Assembly: GCA_040081515.1 (NCBI GenBank)
Contig: JBEBGK010000001.1
Span: 1 to 25,284, forward strand
Reading direction: 5' to 3'
Origin: Chthoniobacteraceae bacterium
GTDB lineage: Bacteria > Verrucomicrobiota > Verrucomicrobiia > Chthoniobacterales > Chthoniobacteraceae
DNA: 25,284 nucleotides
Shown here: positions 6,934 through 16,112 of the stretch, one piece after another
Numbering within the stretch: position 1 is the stretch's first letter
Layout: each line of letters opens with the position of its first letter
Notes under the pieces: model-generated
What the model saw: the letters and a program-made list of their open reading frames with translations, nothing else
What the model was told of the DNA's origin: nothing
Databases searched by the model: none
Position numbers and translations under genes: made by a program

Positions 6934-8310
6934 TTAACTCTCCACGCATTCTGCATAAACCTTCGCAATAATTTCAACCGCCTTTTCCCACGAATACCGC
7001 TCCGCCGCAAATTTCCGAATCTTAAAACGCGTCTCAGACATCTCACCGAACAAGTCACTAGAAAAAAACTGCTCGATTTTGGCTGCCAAATCGACAGCAT
7101 CATTCGGTTTGCAAACGAATCCCGTCTTCCCGATAATAATATCATCCGCAAGCGAGCCGACGTCTGACGCAATCACCGGAAGCCCGAAATTATACCCCAA
7201 AAAAAGAACCCCACTCTGAAAGATCTTGGTGTAGGGAAGCACGAAAACATCGGACGCTTTGAAAAACACCTCTGTCTCATCGTCCGGAACGTACTCGATG
7301 CGCCGCGTGACACTACCTCGTATTCCCAAAGTGTCGATTTGCCTCTCAATCCCCTCCCAGTAGGAAAGGCTTCCTTTCGGACGACCCGCTATAATCAACC
7401 TACAATCTGGTCGCAACGCGAGCACTTCCTTCATTGCTCCCACCAGGAACTCCAGGCCCTTATACGGAGCAATATTTCCAAAAAAAAGGACCACCTTCTC
7501 GTCCGAACTTACGCCCAAGCACTGACGAGCCTCCGCTTTGGAAAGCGCACTGTTTTTGACTGTCTCGTTAATTCCAAAGGGAATCACGCTAATCCGCCTT
7601 TGTGCAACACCAAAGTTCCCTATCAGTTCCTTCTTCATGCGCTCGGTATGCACAAAAATGTGGCTCACCAAGTGATACTGCGCCTTCAATGTCAAGCGGT
7701 TCCATATCGAATCGCAACCGTCCCGCCCGGCAGCATTTACATTATGAGCCGTCAATATAAGACGCTTCCCACATAGGCAATAGTACACCAGTAACAATGT
7801 GCGATCAAAAGCCTCAAACTTGTTATTCCAAAGAATGTGGAAGACCTTTGGCTTTGCAAAGGCCGCGTAGCACAATAGCTTCACATAATACATCAAAACA
7901 CGTGAAACCTTCTTCCACAGACTTGCATCAACACGCTGCTCACCCCGCAAATTCAGGAATCGAATGAGCGGATTTCCATGAAGGCTCGGTCCGTCAATCT
8001 CGTCACTTCCAACAAAGTCGAAAGAAATACCTTTCCCCGCCAGGCTTTCAGCAAGGCCCAGTGCATACGGCTTGTCCCGTCCGCCACTCAGCACACTCAC
8101 CTGGATTTCCCTCCCTCGCTGCTTACAGGGATTGCAGTCGACCTCCGATGAAAATACCGTCGGATTGCCTGACGCAGGATGCACTTCGAGGACTGAAGCT
8201 TCGTGCTCTCTAATCTCTTTCATCCCATCGGGAGTTGATGATATAAAATTCCTGAACCCGGAGGGAACAGGCTCCGAGCTTTTTAACGAAAGGAGGAGCC
8301 TACTGTACAT
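6934..8310 (-). CDS. Glycosyltransferase family 4 (GT-B)
   Basis: 458 aa as tracked; the true start may be downstream. Motifs LTAHNVN, IFVHT, VIPFGIN, VLFFGNIAPYKGLE, FQSGVLFLGYNFGLPVIASDVG and terminal YSWE. Confidence 0.9.
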   Translation of the reverse strand: MYSRLLLSLKSSEPVPSGFRNFISSTPDGMKEIREHEASVLEVHPASGNPTVFSSEVDCNPCKQRGREIQVSVLSGGRDKPYALGLAESLAGKGISFDFVGSDEIDGPSLHGNPLIRFLNLRGEQRVDASLWKKVSRVLMYYVKLLCYAAFAKPKVFHILWNNKFEAFDRTLLLVYYCLCGKRLILTAHNVNAAGRDGCDSIWNRLTLKAQYHLVSHIFVHTERMKKELIGNFGVAQRRISVIPFGINETVKNSALSKAEARQCLGVSSDEKVVLFFGNIAPYKGLEFLVGAMKEVLALRPDCRLIIAGRPKGSLSYWEGIERQIDTLGIRGSVTRRIEYVPDDETEVFFKASDVFVLPYTKIFQSGVLFLGYNFGLPVIASDVGSLADDIIIGKTGFVCKPNDAVDLAAKIEQFFSSDLFGEMSETRFKIRKFAAERYSWEKAVEIIAKVYAECVES

Positions 8311-8324
8311 TCGATCTCACTGTG

Positions 8325-9188
8325 TCACATTCCTGAACTACCACGGAGGTCGCTCAGGCCGCGCTCGGACTTCCAAAATACTTCAATGCTAGGCATCGAA
8401 CACCTGTCAAGCGTGGCGCTCATCTCATTTGTGCCCACCCAGTGCCGAAACGCCATTGCACCAGTACAATCAGAGACAAAATTCCATCGTGCAGAAGTAT
8501 CCAGCTTGTTTAACACTTCGATGCATTGACTGGCTTCTGGTCGGAACTCGGGAAGATTTACCTCAAATGATAGCATTGGGACGACCGTCTGCAGACCTTT
8601 CAATACCATCAATTCGTAGCCTTCGACATCAATTTTTACGTAGAACGGCCGCCCGTAGGCGGAGAACAGTTCCTCCAGGGTGGTCACCTCGACCTCCCGT
8701 TTCTGTTCAAATTCCAAAACTTCGCCGAACCGGCTTGCGTCCTCCTTCAATGTGTCAACCCACTTCTTGTTGAGCGTGTTCTTGGCGGAACCAGGTTCAG
8801 TCTCCCACATCGCTTCGGTTCCAACCTGGTCCCCCAGCGCCTTTCCCACGATCGTCAACGGCTTCTTGCACAATTGGAACCTCATGAATTTCTCGTCAAG
8901 GATTTCCTGGTTCGCCACATCGGGATCGACCGCAACGACGCGCGCGCCAAGCCTTAAGAAAATGTCTGTCTTGAATCCTTGATTAGCCCCAACATCAATG
9001 ATCAGCTCACCAGGCCTCATCTCCGTTAAGCTGTCGCGATAGAACGCCAATTCTTCATCGCGTCTCCGCAAAATCCGCCGGTCCGCGAGGGCCCAATATA
9101 GATCGTATAAGCGGGAAGCCTTGAGGCGATGGTATAACCCCGCCCGCCGGAGAGCATCCTGCACTCTCTGCTTAAAGTTTATTTTCAT
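8325..9188 (-). CDS. FkbM family SAM-dependent methyltransferase
   Basis: IIDVGANQG (motif I) and VKIDVEGYE (FkbM signature). Start taken at ATG 9188, which follows AGGAAG; GTG 9212 is an alternative. Confidence 0.88.
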   Translation of the reverse strand: MKINFKQRVQDALRRAGLYHRLKASRLYDLYWALADRRILRRRDEELAFYRDSLTEMRPGELIIDVGANQGFKTDIFLRLGARVVAVDPDVANQEILDEKFMRFQLCKKPLTIVGKALGDQVGTEAMWETEPGSAKNTLNKKWVDTLKEDASRFGEVLEFEQKREVEVTTLEELFSAYGRPFYVKIDVEGYELMVLKGLQTVVPMLSFEVNLPEFRPEASQCIEVLNKLDTSARWNFVSDCTGAMAFRHWVGTNEMSATLDRCSMPSIEVFWKSERGLSDLRGSSGM

Positions 9189-9211
9189 AAATGACTTCCT
9201 ATATTGGATCA

Positions 9212-11032
9212 CTACTGGTCACAAAGCAGGCACCGTTGAACCGCTTGAAGCGTGAGCACCGGACCGATGTCGTCAATTCGGTTACGCGCACCGCTAATAT
9301 GTTCGGCTGCCATTCTCCGGACCTCACTTGTATCCCAAATTCCACTTCTCCCGACGGCTGCCTCCTCCGCCGCCGCGCGCAAATAATCCGCGAGTTCGCG
9401 GCGAAACCAACGCCGATAGTGCAAATACTTGTGCTGCCCGAGAACGGGAATCACTCGGTTTATCGTTTTGATGCACGGATCAAGTCGAGTGAGCGCCTGT
9501 GGCATGCCTTCGTTGTTGTAGTAGTCCAGTTTGAACGTCACTTCTGCGAGACCGCGCCGCATGGCCCTTACCAACGAACTGCTGTTGCCGAGATACCCTC
9601 GGTCCGTCGGGATAGCCGCGAGCTTAGGATTGTGGCGCTTGATAAATCGGGTCGCAGTGCGCGATGACCGTCGCAGGCTCGCGGGCGCTCGATAGGCCAG
9701 CGACACGATTGCGTTGTCAAGAAACGGGGTTCGGAAGACAACCTGCGAACGGCACGCCACCAGGCTTGGCTGGATATTCCACGGAATTTCGCGAAACACA
9801 GCAAACGTCACTGGATGCATCTCCGACGCTCCGGAGCGGGACGCCCCCAAATCAAAACGGACGCCCTGAGAGCGTACCAGTTCCCGCGAGAACGGAACCG
9901 CCTTGAAGGTTGAGACGCCGCGTAGGATTTCACTCCCAAAAACTCCCGTCACCCGCAATGCTGATATAGACCGGGCAAGCCCGTTCAAATACACTTCATG
10001 CGCACCGACAGCCCCAAAGCTGCCGTCGGTCAGGTAGACGGTCCGCTCCACCCACTCACGAAATCTCGAGAAAAAATCCGGCCCAATCCGCAGCAGGTGA
10101 TGTTCAAGCCCACAAGCTGCGGCCACGCGCGATGCAACTTGCGCGTCGCGCGTTTCCCCAGTCACGCCGGCATAAGTGTAACAAACCGGAGGGCGCTTCG
10201 TTGGCGGTAGGCACGCCATGATCATCCTCGTGTCCATCCCGCCGGTAAGCGCGATGCCCGCTCGATTATCAGACTCGAAGTATGCCGGCAACACGCGCGC
10301 GAATGTCCCCGCCAATTCCTCCTCGAAAGAATCCTCAGCCAGCGGTGCTTGCTCTTCCCACTTTGCCGGCGTGAAATACTGCGCTTTTCTGCACAGCCCA
10401 TTCTCAATCCTCCACAGCGTACCGCCCGGCACCAATTCCATTCCGCGAAACAGCGTCCTCCAATCCAGTGTGCAGCCGAAACTCAAGAACTGCGCGACAC
10501 CCGTCTCGTCGAACGTCCGCAACTGGGGTAGCACCCGCAACAACGCCTTCGCCTCGCTCGCAAAATAGACCGCCTCTTTTGTCTCGTGCCAGTAGAGACG
10601 CTCAATACCGTACCGGTCGTTGAACAGGAATGCGCACTTGGAGCGCAGGTCCACCAGCAACCCGCTGAACAAACCATTCAGCGTCTCGAAGAACTTATCG
10701 CCCAATTCTTCGTAGAGATGGACCAGCCAGGCACCAGGCGTCGTTCCAAGGCTGTGACCCTTCTGCATCAGTTCAGACACGGTCGCCCCATCCACGAAGC
10801 ACTCACCTGAGAAAAGTACTGCCACGTCGCGCCGCTCGTTCCAGAACGGCTGCTCCGCGGCAAAAGAGCCGGCGTGCGCCACCCACCCTGCGTAGATTCC
10901 AAGCTCACCGAACACCTGACTGCCCGAAGTGTAGAACTTCTCATGGAGCATGCTCCGCGTCATGGATGAGACCAACCGTTGACACTCGTCCGGAGACTTC
11001 TGGCGGCTGATGATGCCTGCAATACCTGGCAT
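9212..11032 (-). CDS. Asparagine synthase-like protein with degenerate glutaminase domain (putative ATP-dependent amide ligase), 606 aa
   Basis: Start at ATG 11032 (MPGIAGII, aligning with MCGICG of AsnB). Retains NDRYGIERLYW, YFASEAKALL, ALTGGMDTR (SGGLDS-like loop) and RTPFLD. Confidence 0.85.
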   Translation of the reverse strand: MPGIAGIISRQKSPDECQRLVSSMTRSMLHEKFYTSGSQVFGELGIYAGWVAHAGSFAAEQPFWNERRDVAVLFSGECFVDGATVSELMQKGHSLGTTPGAWLVHLYEELGDKFFETLNGLFSGLLVDLRSKCAFLFNDRYGIERLYWHETKEAVYFASEAKALLRVLPQLRTFDETGVAQFLSFGCTLDWRTLFRGMELVPGGTLWRIENGLCRKAQYFTPAKWEEQAPLAEDSFEEELAGTFARVLPAYFESDNRAGIALTGGMDTRMIMACLPPTKRPPVCYTYAGVTGETRDAQVASRVAAACGLEHHLLRIGPDFFSRFREWVERTVYLTDGSFGAVGAHEVYLNGLARSISALRVTGVFGSEILRGVSTFKAVPFSRELVRSQGVRFDLGASRSGASEMHPVTFAVFREIPWNIQPSLVACRSQVVFRTPFLDNAIVSLAYRAPASLRRSSRTATRFIKRHNPKLAAIPTDRGYLGNSSSLVRAMRRGLAEVTFKLDYYNNEGMPQALTRLDPCIKTINRVIPVLGQHKYLHYRRWFRRELADYLRAAAEEAAVGRSGIWDTSEVRRMAAEHISGARNRIDDIGPVLTLQAVQRCLLCDQ

Positions 11033-11076
11033 GGGATGAAGAAAACCAACAAACCAAGGACGACGGACACCGACGC

Positions 11077-12024
11077 CTACTCGGCTCCGCTCATTCCATA
11101 CCAGCGGCTTCGGAGCTTTTTCAGTGAACTTTTCAAACCGCTCGGGATAAGCTCCCTCCAGCCGCGGTGCACGCCAAACTTCAAAGCCAACTTTCCCTTC
11201 GGCGTCAATGGCACAAAATAGCGAGGTACGCACATCTTCTCAAAACCACAGCGCCGCTTGAATTCCGCCAGCGAATCACCGCTCCAAAAAAGATAACAAA
11301 GATATGGCAACTTGCGCTGCGCACAGACCTCGACCGCCTTTGCAATGAGCGCGTTGTTTGTTCCTTTCTCGCGGTGCTCGACGGCTGAAATAATCTGACC
11401 GATTAAAGCAAATTTCCCTGTGTTAGCCATCATGATAAACCCAATCAGTTTATCGTCAAGGTAAGCACCAATCATATATTCGCGGTGGATGTAACGCGAA
11501 AACTGAGCCTTGACGGTTTCAAAATTCTTCCCGTAATGCCAGAACTTTCTCCCCTGTCGGACGGGTGTCTCGTTGAAGATAGCAGTCATACCGCGCACAA
11601 AGCTGTCATCGTACGCAGTCTCGCGCACAACGATGCCTTCCTTCTCCGCCTTACGAATCAGTCCACGGGTGCGAGACTTGATCTGCTTATTGAACCAGTG
11701 CTCGTAGCTTTGGATGGGCAACACGGCGATCTCCTCCCACTCGCTCTGAAATGAATGCCTCGGCTCCAAGTCGGGCAACCGCTGCCAGAATGTGAAAATA
11801 TCCGGCTTGAAACCATCGCTATTCTTCAACGTCTCGATCATCGCGCTCGGATCGCGCACGTCGTCGTACCACTCTTCCTCAAGGCTCAACATCGTCAGCG
11901 GCCCACGGCTCACGGCGTACGTTTGACCGGCGATTTCGAAGCACTCGACCTGCGTCGGCCTACCTTTCACCAAGGTCTCTTTCGTAATGCGCTTGAACGC
12001 CTCAGAGGGCTTTGACGCGATCAT
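11077..12024 (-). CDS. GNAT-fold / FemAB-like acyl- or aminoacyl-transferase
   Basis: 315 aa. SRTRGLIRKAEKEGIVV resembles the FemAB/Acetyltransf_6 'R..IRKA.K.Gv' motif. Also AYLDDKLIGF, GTNNALIAKAVE and LAEFKRRCGF. ATGA overlap with asnB. Confidence 0.7.
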   Translation of the reverse strand: MIASKPSEAFKRITKETLVKGRPTQVECFEIAGQTYAVSRGPLTMLSLEEEWYDDVRDPSAMIETLKNSDGFKPDIFTFWQRLPDLEPRHSFQSEWEEIAVLPIQSYEHWFNKQIKSRTRGLIRKAEKEGIVVRETAYDDSFVRGMTAIFNETPVRQGRKFWHYGKNFETVKAQFSRYIHREYMIGAYLDDKLIGFIMMANTGKFALIGQIISAVEHREKGTNNALIAKAVEVCAQRKLPYLCYLFWSGDSLAEFKRRCGFEKMCVPRYFVPLTPKGKLALKFGVHRGWRELIPSGLKSSLKKLRSRWYGMSGAE

Positions 12025-13955
12025 ATTCCCGACGCTCCCGCGACTGTTGTGCTACTTTCTTTTGGTGCGAGATTTGCCCGGTGCACAACCAAGCCGCGCA
12101 ACCACTGTTCTACCATCACCAGGCTGAAGAGCAATTTGTAATTATTTGCGCGTCCAGCGCGATGCGCTTCCAACAACCCACGTACCGCTGCGGGATTGAT
12201 CACGCGATACATCAGCGACTGCTCGTCCTGCAGCGCTTCTGTCAGTTGCCCGCCCGCGGAGGAATTAAACCACCCGTCCACGACGTTCACCGCAAACCCA
12301 CGCTTCTTGCGCTGCAGTATCTGCGGCGGAAGGAACCTTCCGCAGACCTCACGATGAATCCACTTTCGCCTGCCACTGCGGATCATGAAACTCGCCCCAA
12401 GGCGCTGGGCGAACTCCACCACTGTCCGGTCCAGATACGGCACGCGCACCTCGATGCTGTGCGCCATGGATATCTTGTCTCCGAACATAAGCAACTCATC
12501 GGGCAGAGACGAACGCACTTCGAGGAGCTGAAACCCGCCGAGTTCGTCCAGGTGCGCCATTTGCGGCAGCAGTTCGCGCCAGTAATCCACCGTCGCGTGG
12601 CCGCGGCCCGGGGGCAGGGCGCCCTCCTGAAAGAGTCCATCAATTGTGGCCAGCGGCGCCAACGAAAACACGCTTTGATAGCGTTCTAATCGGTCCGCCG
12701 TTCCGAGCGACTGCACGCCCCGCTTCAACGCCTCATTGCGCGGCAGCGCATTCACCGCTGCACCCACTACAGATCGCAGTGGCGAGGGCAGACCACGCCA
12801 GAACCGGCCGTAATGGACTCCCAGATGCCTCGTATAGCCGGCAAACAGTTCATCCGGTCCTTGGCCAATGAGAGCCACCTTAACGTCCTGCCTCGCGCGC
12901 TGGCAGACGAAATACATAGGAACAATCGAAGACGACGTGACCGGTTCCTCGAGGGAATCCACTATCTTCGGGAATGAACGCTCAAATTCGCCTCGATCCA
13001 GCAATACTGGAATGAACTTCCCGCCGAGCAGACGCGCGGTCTCCTCCGCATCCTTGAGTTCATCGTCCTCGAACGACTCGCCGTAGCCTACGGTATAGCA
13101 TGGCCAGTCCTTGCCGTGCTCGTTCATCAGCGCCAGCAAGAGTCCCGAGTCGAGTCCCCCGCTCAATAGAATTCCCACCGGGACATCGCTCAAAAGGTGT
13201 CGCTTAACCGCGCCGCGGTACAGTTCGAGAAGTTCTTGAATCGCATCCTCGTCCTCTTTCGGTCTCTCGAAGGGCACCGGCACGTAGTCATACCAGCGCT
13301 CCTCCCGGCAGTGTCCATGCTCCTCCACCACGAGCATTGCGCCCGGCGGGAGCTTACGGATGCCTTGGAACATGGTCAGCGGCGACGGAACATAGCGGAA
13401 TCGCAGGAACAGATTCAGGGCCACTGGGTCGAGTTCGGGAGCCGCCGGTTCACCCACGAGCACCGCGCGGATTTCCGAGCCGAACACCAGACACCCACCG
13501 GAGTTCCGGTAATAGACCATTTTGATGCCCATCGCGTCGCGTGCCACAATGAGCCGTCGTTTCCGCACGTCCCAGATCGCGAACCCGAACATCCCATTGA
13601 AACGCTTGAACGCATCCGTGCCCCATTCCTTGTAACCGTGGACGATGACCTCAGTGTCCGAGCGGGTTCGGAATCGATGTCCTTTCGCCTCGAGTTCAGC
13701 ACGCAGTTCAAGGTAGTTGTAAATCTCACCATTGAACACGACCCACACCGACTCCTCCGAATCGGACATCGGCTGATGCCCTCCTGAAAGATCAATGATT
13801 GAGAGTCGCCGGAATCCGAGCCCGAGGTTCCCGTCGAAGAAAAAGCCCTCATCGTCTGGCCCCCGATGAACGATCGACATGGCCATCTGCCGCACCTTTT
13901 CCTCAAGCACGCGTTCCTGGTTGGCGAAATTAAACTGTCCGCAAATGCCGCACAT
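12021..13955 (-). CDS. asnB: Asparagine synthase (glutamine-hydrolysing) family amidotransferase
   Basis: 644 aa. MCGICG (Ntn Cys2), HRGPD, GFRRLSIIDLSGGHQPM, VFNGEIYN, LLSGGLDS, GQGPDELFAGY and RVPYLD. Context suggests polysaccharide amidation rather than Asn synthesis. Confidence 0.93.
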   Translation of the reverse strand: MCGICGQFNFANQERVLEEKVRQMAMSIVHRGPDDEGFFFDGNLGLGFRRLSIIDLSGGHQPMSDSEESVWVVFNGEIYNYLELRAELEAKGHRFRTRSDTEVIVHGYKEWGTDAFKRFNGMFGFAIWDVRKRRLIVARDAMGIKMVYYRNSGGCLVFGSEIRAVLVGEPAAPELDPVALNLFLRFRYVPSPLTMFQGIRKLPPGAMLVVEEHGHCREERWYDYVPVPFERPKEDEDAIQELLELYRGAVKRHLLSDVPVGILLSGGLDSGLLLALMNEHGKDWPCYTVGYGESFEDDELKDAEETARLLGGKFIPVLLDRGEFERSFPKIVDSLEEPVTSSSIVPMYFVCQRARQDVKVALIGQGPDELFAGYTRHLGVHYGRFWRGLPSPLRSVVGAAVNALPRNEALKRGVQSLGTADRLERYQSVFSLAPLATIDGLFQEGALPPGRGHATVDYWRELLPQMAHLDELGGFQLLEVRSSLPDELLMFGDKISMAHSIEVRVPYLDRTVVEFAQRLGASFMIRSGRRKWIHREVCGRFLPPQILQRKKRGFAVNVVDGWFNSSAGGQLTEALQDEQSLMYRVINPAAVRGLLEAHRAGRANNYKLLFSLVMVEQWLRGLVVHRANLAPKESSTTVAGASGI

Positions 13956-13961
13956 TGGATT

Positions 13962-15191
13962 CTATTTCGCTCCCATTCCGCTTGTCTCGTAATGATAGAA
14001 TGCGAGGGCCCGAAACATCTGGGATTGTGCCCAACGATGCATCGGCACGTTATCCCACCCGAGAATCAACTGCCTCGAGCGGAACGAACCATCGGACTTT
14101 ACCCAATCCCGCAGGACCCCCGAAACAACTGCTTCCAGTTTCTCATTGAGTTCCGGGATGCGGTCCCGCAGCAGCAGACACAGGTTAATGCACTCAGCAC
14201 AGTCATAAAGTTCGCGCTTGTAAACCGTCAACCTCGGCGCAACCGCAAACGGCCTAGGGAGCCCGTCCTCTGCAAACAGGTGTTCGAGATAATATTTAAC
14301 ACCTCGCTCCAGCGCCTCCAGCGTAGCCTGATGACCGGTGAGTGAGTGAATCTTCGCCAGCGCCTTCATTACGAAGCAGGTGTGGAAATGATCCACGAAG
14401 TCACGAACACCATCGACTGCATATGGCCAGGATCCATCTGGATTCTGGCTCTGAAGCACGAAATGCAGATTGCGAGTTGCAGTCCTACGATAGGTCTCAT
14501 CGCCGAGGACCTGAGATGCGCTCGTGAGAAGGAAGGCCCGGTAGGCCGCTGCGTTGATGACACCGCCGCGATCAAAAGGGGTGTAGGAGCAACTGCTGGC
14601 CGTCTCCGATGTCGGAAAGTCCTTGATGTCCGTCGCCGCATGCCGGGCGATGGATGCCAGCACATCGCGCCATTCCGTCCTCGGGTCGATCTGATGGACA
14701 TGCAGAAACGCCTCGTATGCATACGGCGTGCTCGTAATCAGCGGAGTTTGAGCTGGAATGACTCCATTCCGCGTGACCCAATCGAACGGATAACCCCAGC
14801 AATACTCCTTGAACCCTCCGCACCGACTTCGCCTCAATTCGTTGAGAAAATGAATCGCCTTTTCCAAGTGTAACGCGCTCTTCGTCTCCTGGGAAAGAAA
14901 AGCAAAGCCCATCGCGTAGTGTGCATCAGCGATCGGAAAGCGGATGCGCCGATGAAACAGTTGCCGGGCGGACGGCATGAACGCCTCGCAAAAGACCATC
15001 GGCGCGACCGCCAATAATCCTGCTCGAGGCTGGCGGTAATAGAGTTGTTTGGCCCGAGCGCCCAGCGGACCTGCAAAAAAGCTCTGATGGTCCCATGAAT
15101 CCTCACCGTAGCGATCAAGCCAGCGTTCAAAGTCCCCGAGGGCGACGGATACCCTTGCGGCAGGAAACTCCGAACTGTGCAACGGTTCCAT
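13962..15191 (-). CDS. Uncharacterised polysaccharide-cluster protein, probable (alpha/alpha)6 barrel (AGE/epimerase/terpene-cyclase-like fold)
   Basis: 409 aa, helical. CWGYPFDW, QSQNPDGSWPY (QW-like repeat), VDHFHT and WAQSQMFRALA. The fold is inferred from repeat spacing only. Confidence 0.55.
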   Translation of the reverse strand: MEPLHSSEFPAARVSVALGDFERWLDRYGEDSWDHQSFFAGPLGARAKQLYYRQPRAGLLAVAPMVFCEAFMPSARQLFHRRIRFPIADAHYAMGFAFLSQETKSALHLEKAIHFLNELRRSRCGGFKEYCWGYPFDWVTRNGVIPAQTPLITSTPYAYEAFLHVHQIDPRTEWRDVLASIARHAATDIKDFPTSETASSCSYTPFDRGGVINAAAYRAFLLTSASQVLGDETYRRTATRNLHFVLQSQNPDGSWPYAVDGVRDFVDHFHTCFVMKALAKIHSLTGHQATLEALERGVKYYLEHLFAEDGLPRPFAVAPRLTVYKRELYDCAECINLCLLLRDRIPELNEKLEAVVSGVLRDWVKSDGSFRSRQLILGWDNVPMHRWAQSQMFRALAFYHYETSGMGAK

Positions 15192-16112
15192 TCAGCGCGA
15201 TTTCTGGGGCTCCGCCTCAAGGGAAAAGTTGTCCACTTTCTTCAGCCGAAGCAGTGATCTCAAGATAGCCTTAAGCTTCCGCATCTGGTCCTTGCGGTGA
15301 AATTGCATCAACTCTGGAGAAACCGCCCGCTTCATCCGCCGTGCCGCGGCCCACCAATAGCCGAGGAATAGCGCCAACCCACCGGTAACAACTGGCTTTT
15401 TGAACATGCGGTACACAACCCGGAACATCTGCCAAATGGGAGAACCGCCCAGATAATAGTCCTTCTCCCCGTATGAGACGAGAGCACTCAGCACACCTCG
15501 CTCCGCGGTTCCCATTGTCCGGTGGTGATGAAATCGTCTCTCCGGATAGGAACGGACACCCCAGCCCTTCATTCGCGCTGTCATCACGGCAATCCAGTCG
15601 ACCCCACCAGCCTTATTGGCAACGTAGCCGCCAATGTCCCGAAAACAACGATATCGGAACAATTGGCAGGGGCCTGCAACGTAGTTTTCACCCTCAAAAC
15701 TGTCGCGCGTGGAATCATAGCCTTCCTCGGTAAACGGCGTCCCAACGATGCCCAAGCCCGGATCGTCGGCTAACTTACCTACCAAAAACTGAAGGTAGTC
15801 GGGTTCGAACGTCACGTCGGCGTCGAGGTTGCCCAGCACGTCAAAATCAAGCCCTTCGGCACGCTCAAGACCCGCATTCACCGCCTGAGCTTTACCCGCG
15901 AAGCTTCGTTCGCTCCGTTTCGGGCGCTGCACAAGCTCAATCCACTGGTACCCGGAAGCGAATTGTTTCACCAAGTCAACCGTGCGGTCCGTTGAGCCGT
16001 CATCGACAATTATCCACCGAACCGGAAGTTGAGTCTGACTTGCGACAGCATGCATCGTCCGTTCGATGACTCGCTCCTCGTTTTTCGCTGCGGTGATAAG
16101 GACGTAATTCAC
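15192..16112 (-). CDS. Glycosyltransferase family 2
   Basis: 306 aa. YVLITAAKNEE, WIIVDDGSTD and the DxD motif in NLDADV. GTG start overlaps the upstream TGA. Confidence 0.92.
   Translation of the reverse strand: MNYVLITAAKNEERVIERTMHAVASQTQLPVRWIIVDDGSTDRTVDLVKQFASGYQWIELVQRPKRSERSFAGKAQAVNAGLERAEGLDFDVLGNLDADVTFEPDYLQFLVGKLADDPGLGIVGTPFTEEGYDSTRDSFEGENYVAGPCQLFRYRCFRDIGGYVANKAGGVDWIAVMTARMKGWGVRSYPERRFHHHRTMGTAERGVLSALVSYGEKDYYLGGSPIWQMFRVVYRMFKKPVVTGGLALFLGYWWAAARRMKRAVSPELMQFHRKDQMRKLKAILRSLLRLKKVDNFSLEAEPQKSR

Noticed and set aside
6828-7172. 115-codon N-terminal extension of the 3009..7172 ORF
   Set aside because: It overlaps the intact GT4 C-terminus in another frame, is Arg-rich and unstructured-looking, and would bury the signal peptide that begins at ATG 6827.
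10203-10210. GGCGGTAG ops/JUMPstart-like octamer
   Set aside because: It is on the non-transcribed strand and inside a CDS, so it cannot act as an RfaH-type ops site for this operon.
11033-11233. Tracked longer starts for the AsnB-like protein (and likewise 18499, 21037 and 22556 for other genes)
   Set aside because: They overlap upstream genes or lack family similarity. Internal ATGs align with the family N-termini ([14 protein letters not shown], etc.).
13962-15191. Squalene-hopene cyclase or prenyltransferase call from the QNPDGSW motif
   Set aside because: Only one QW-like motif, no DxDD motif, the protein is too short and the context is polysaccharide synthesis.
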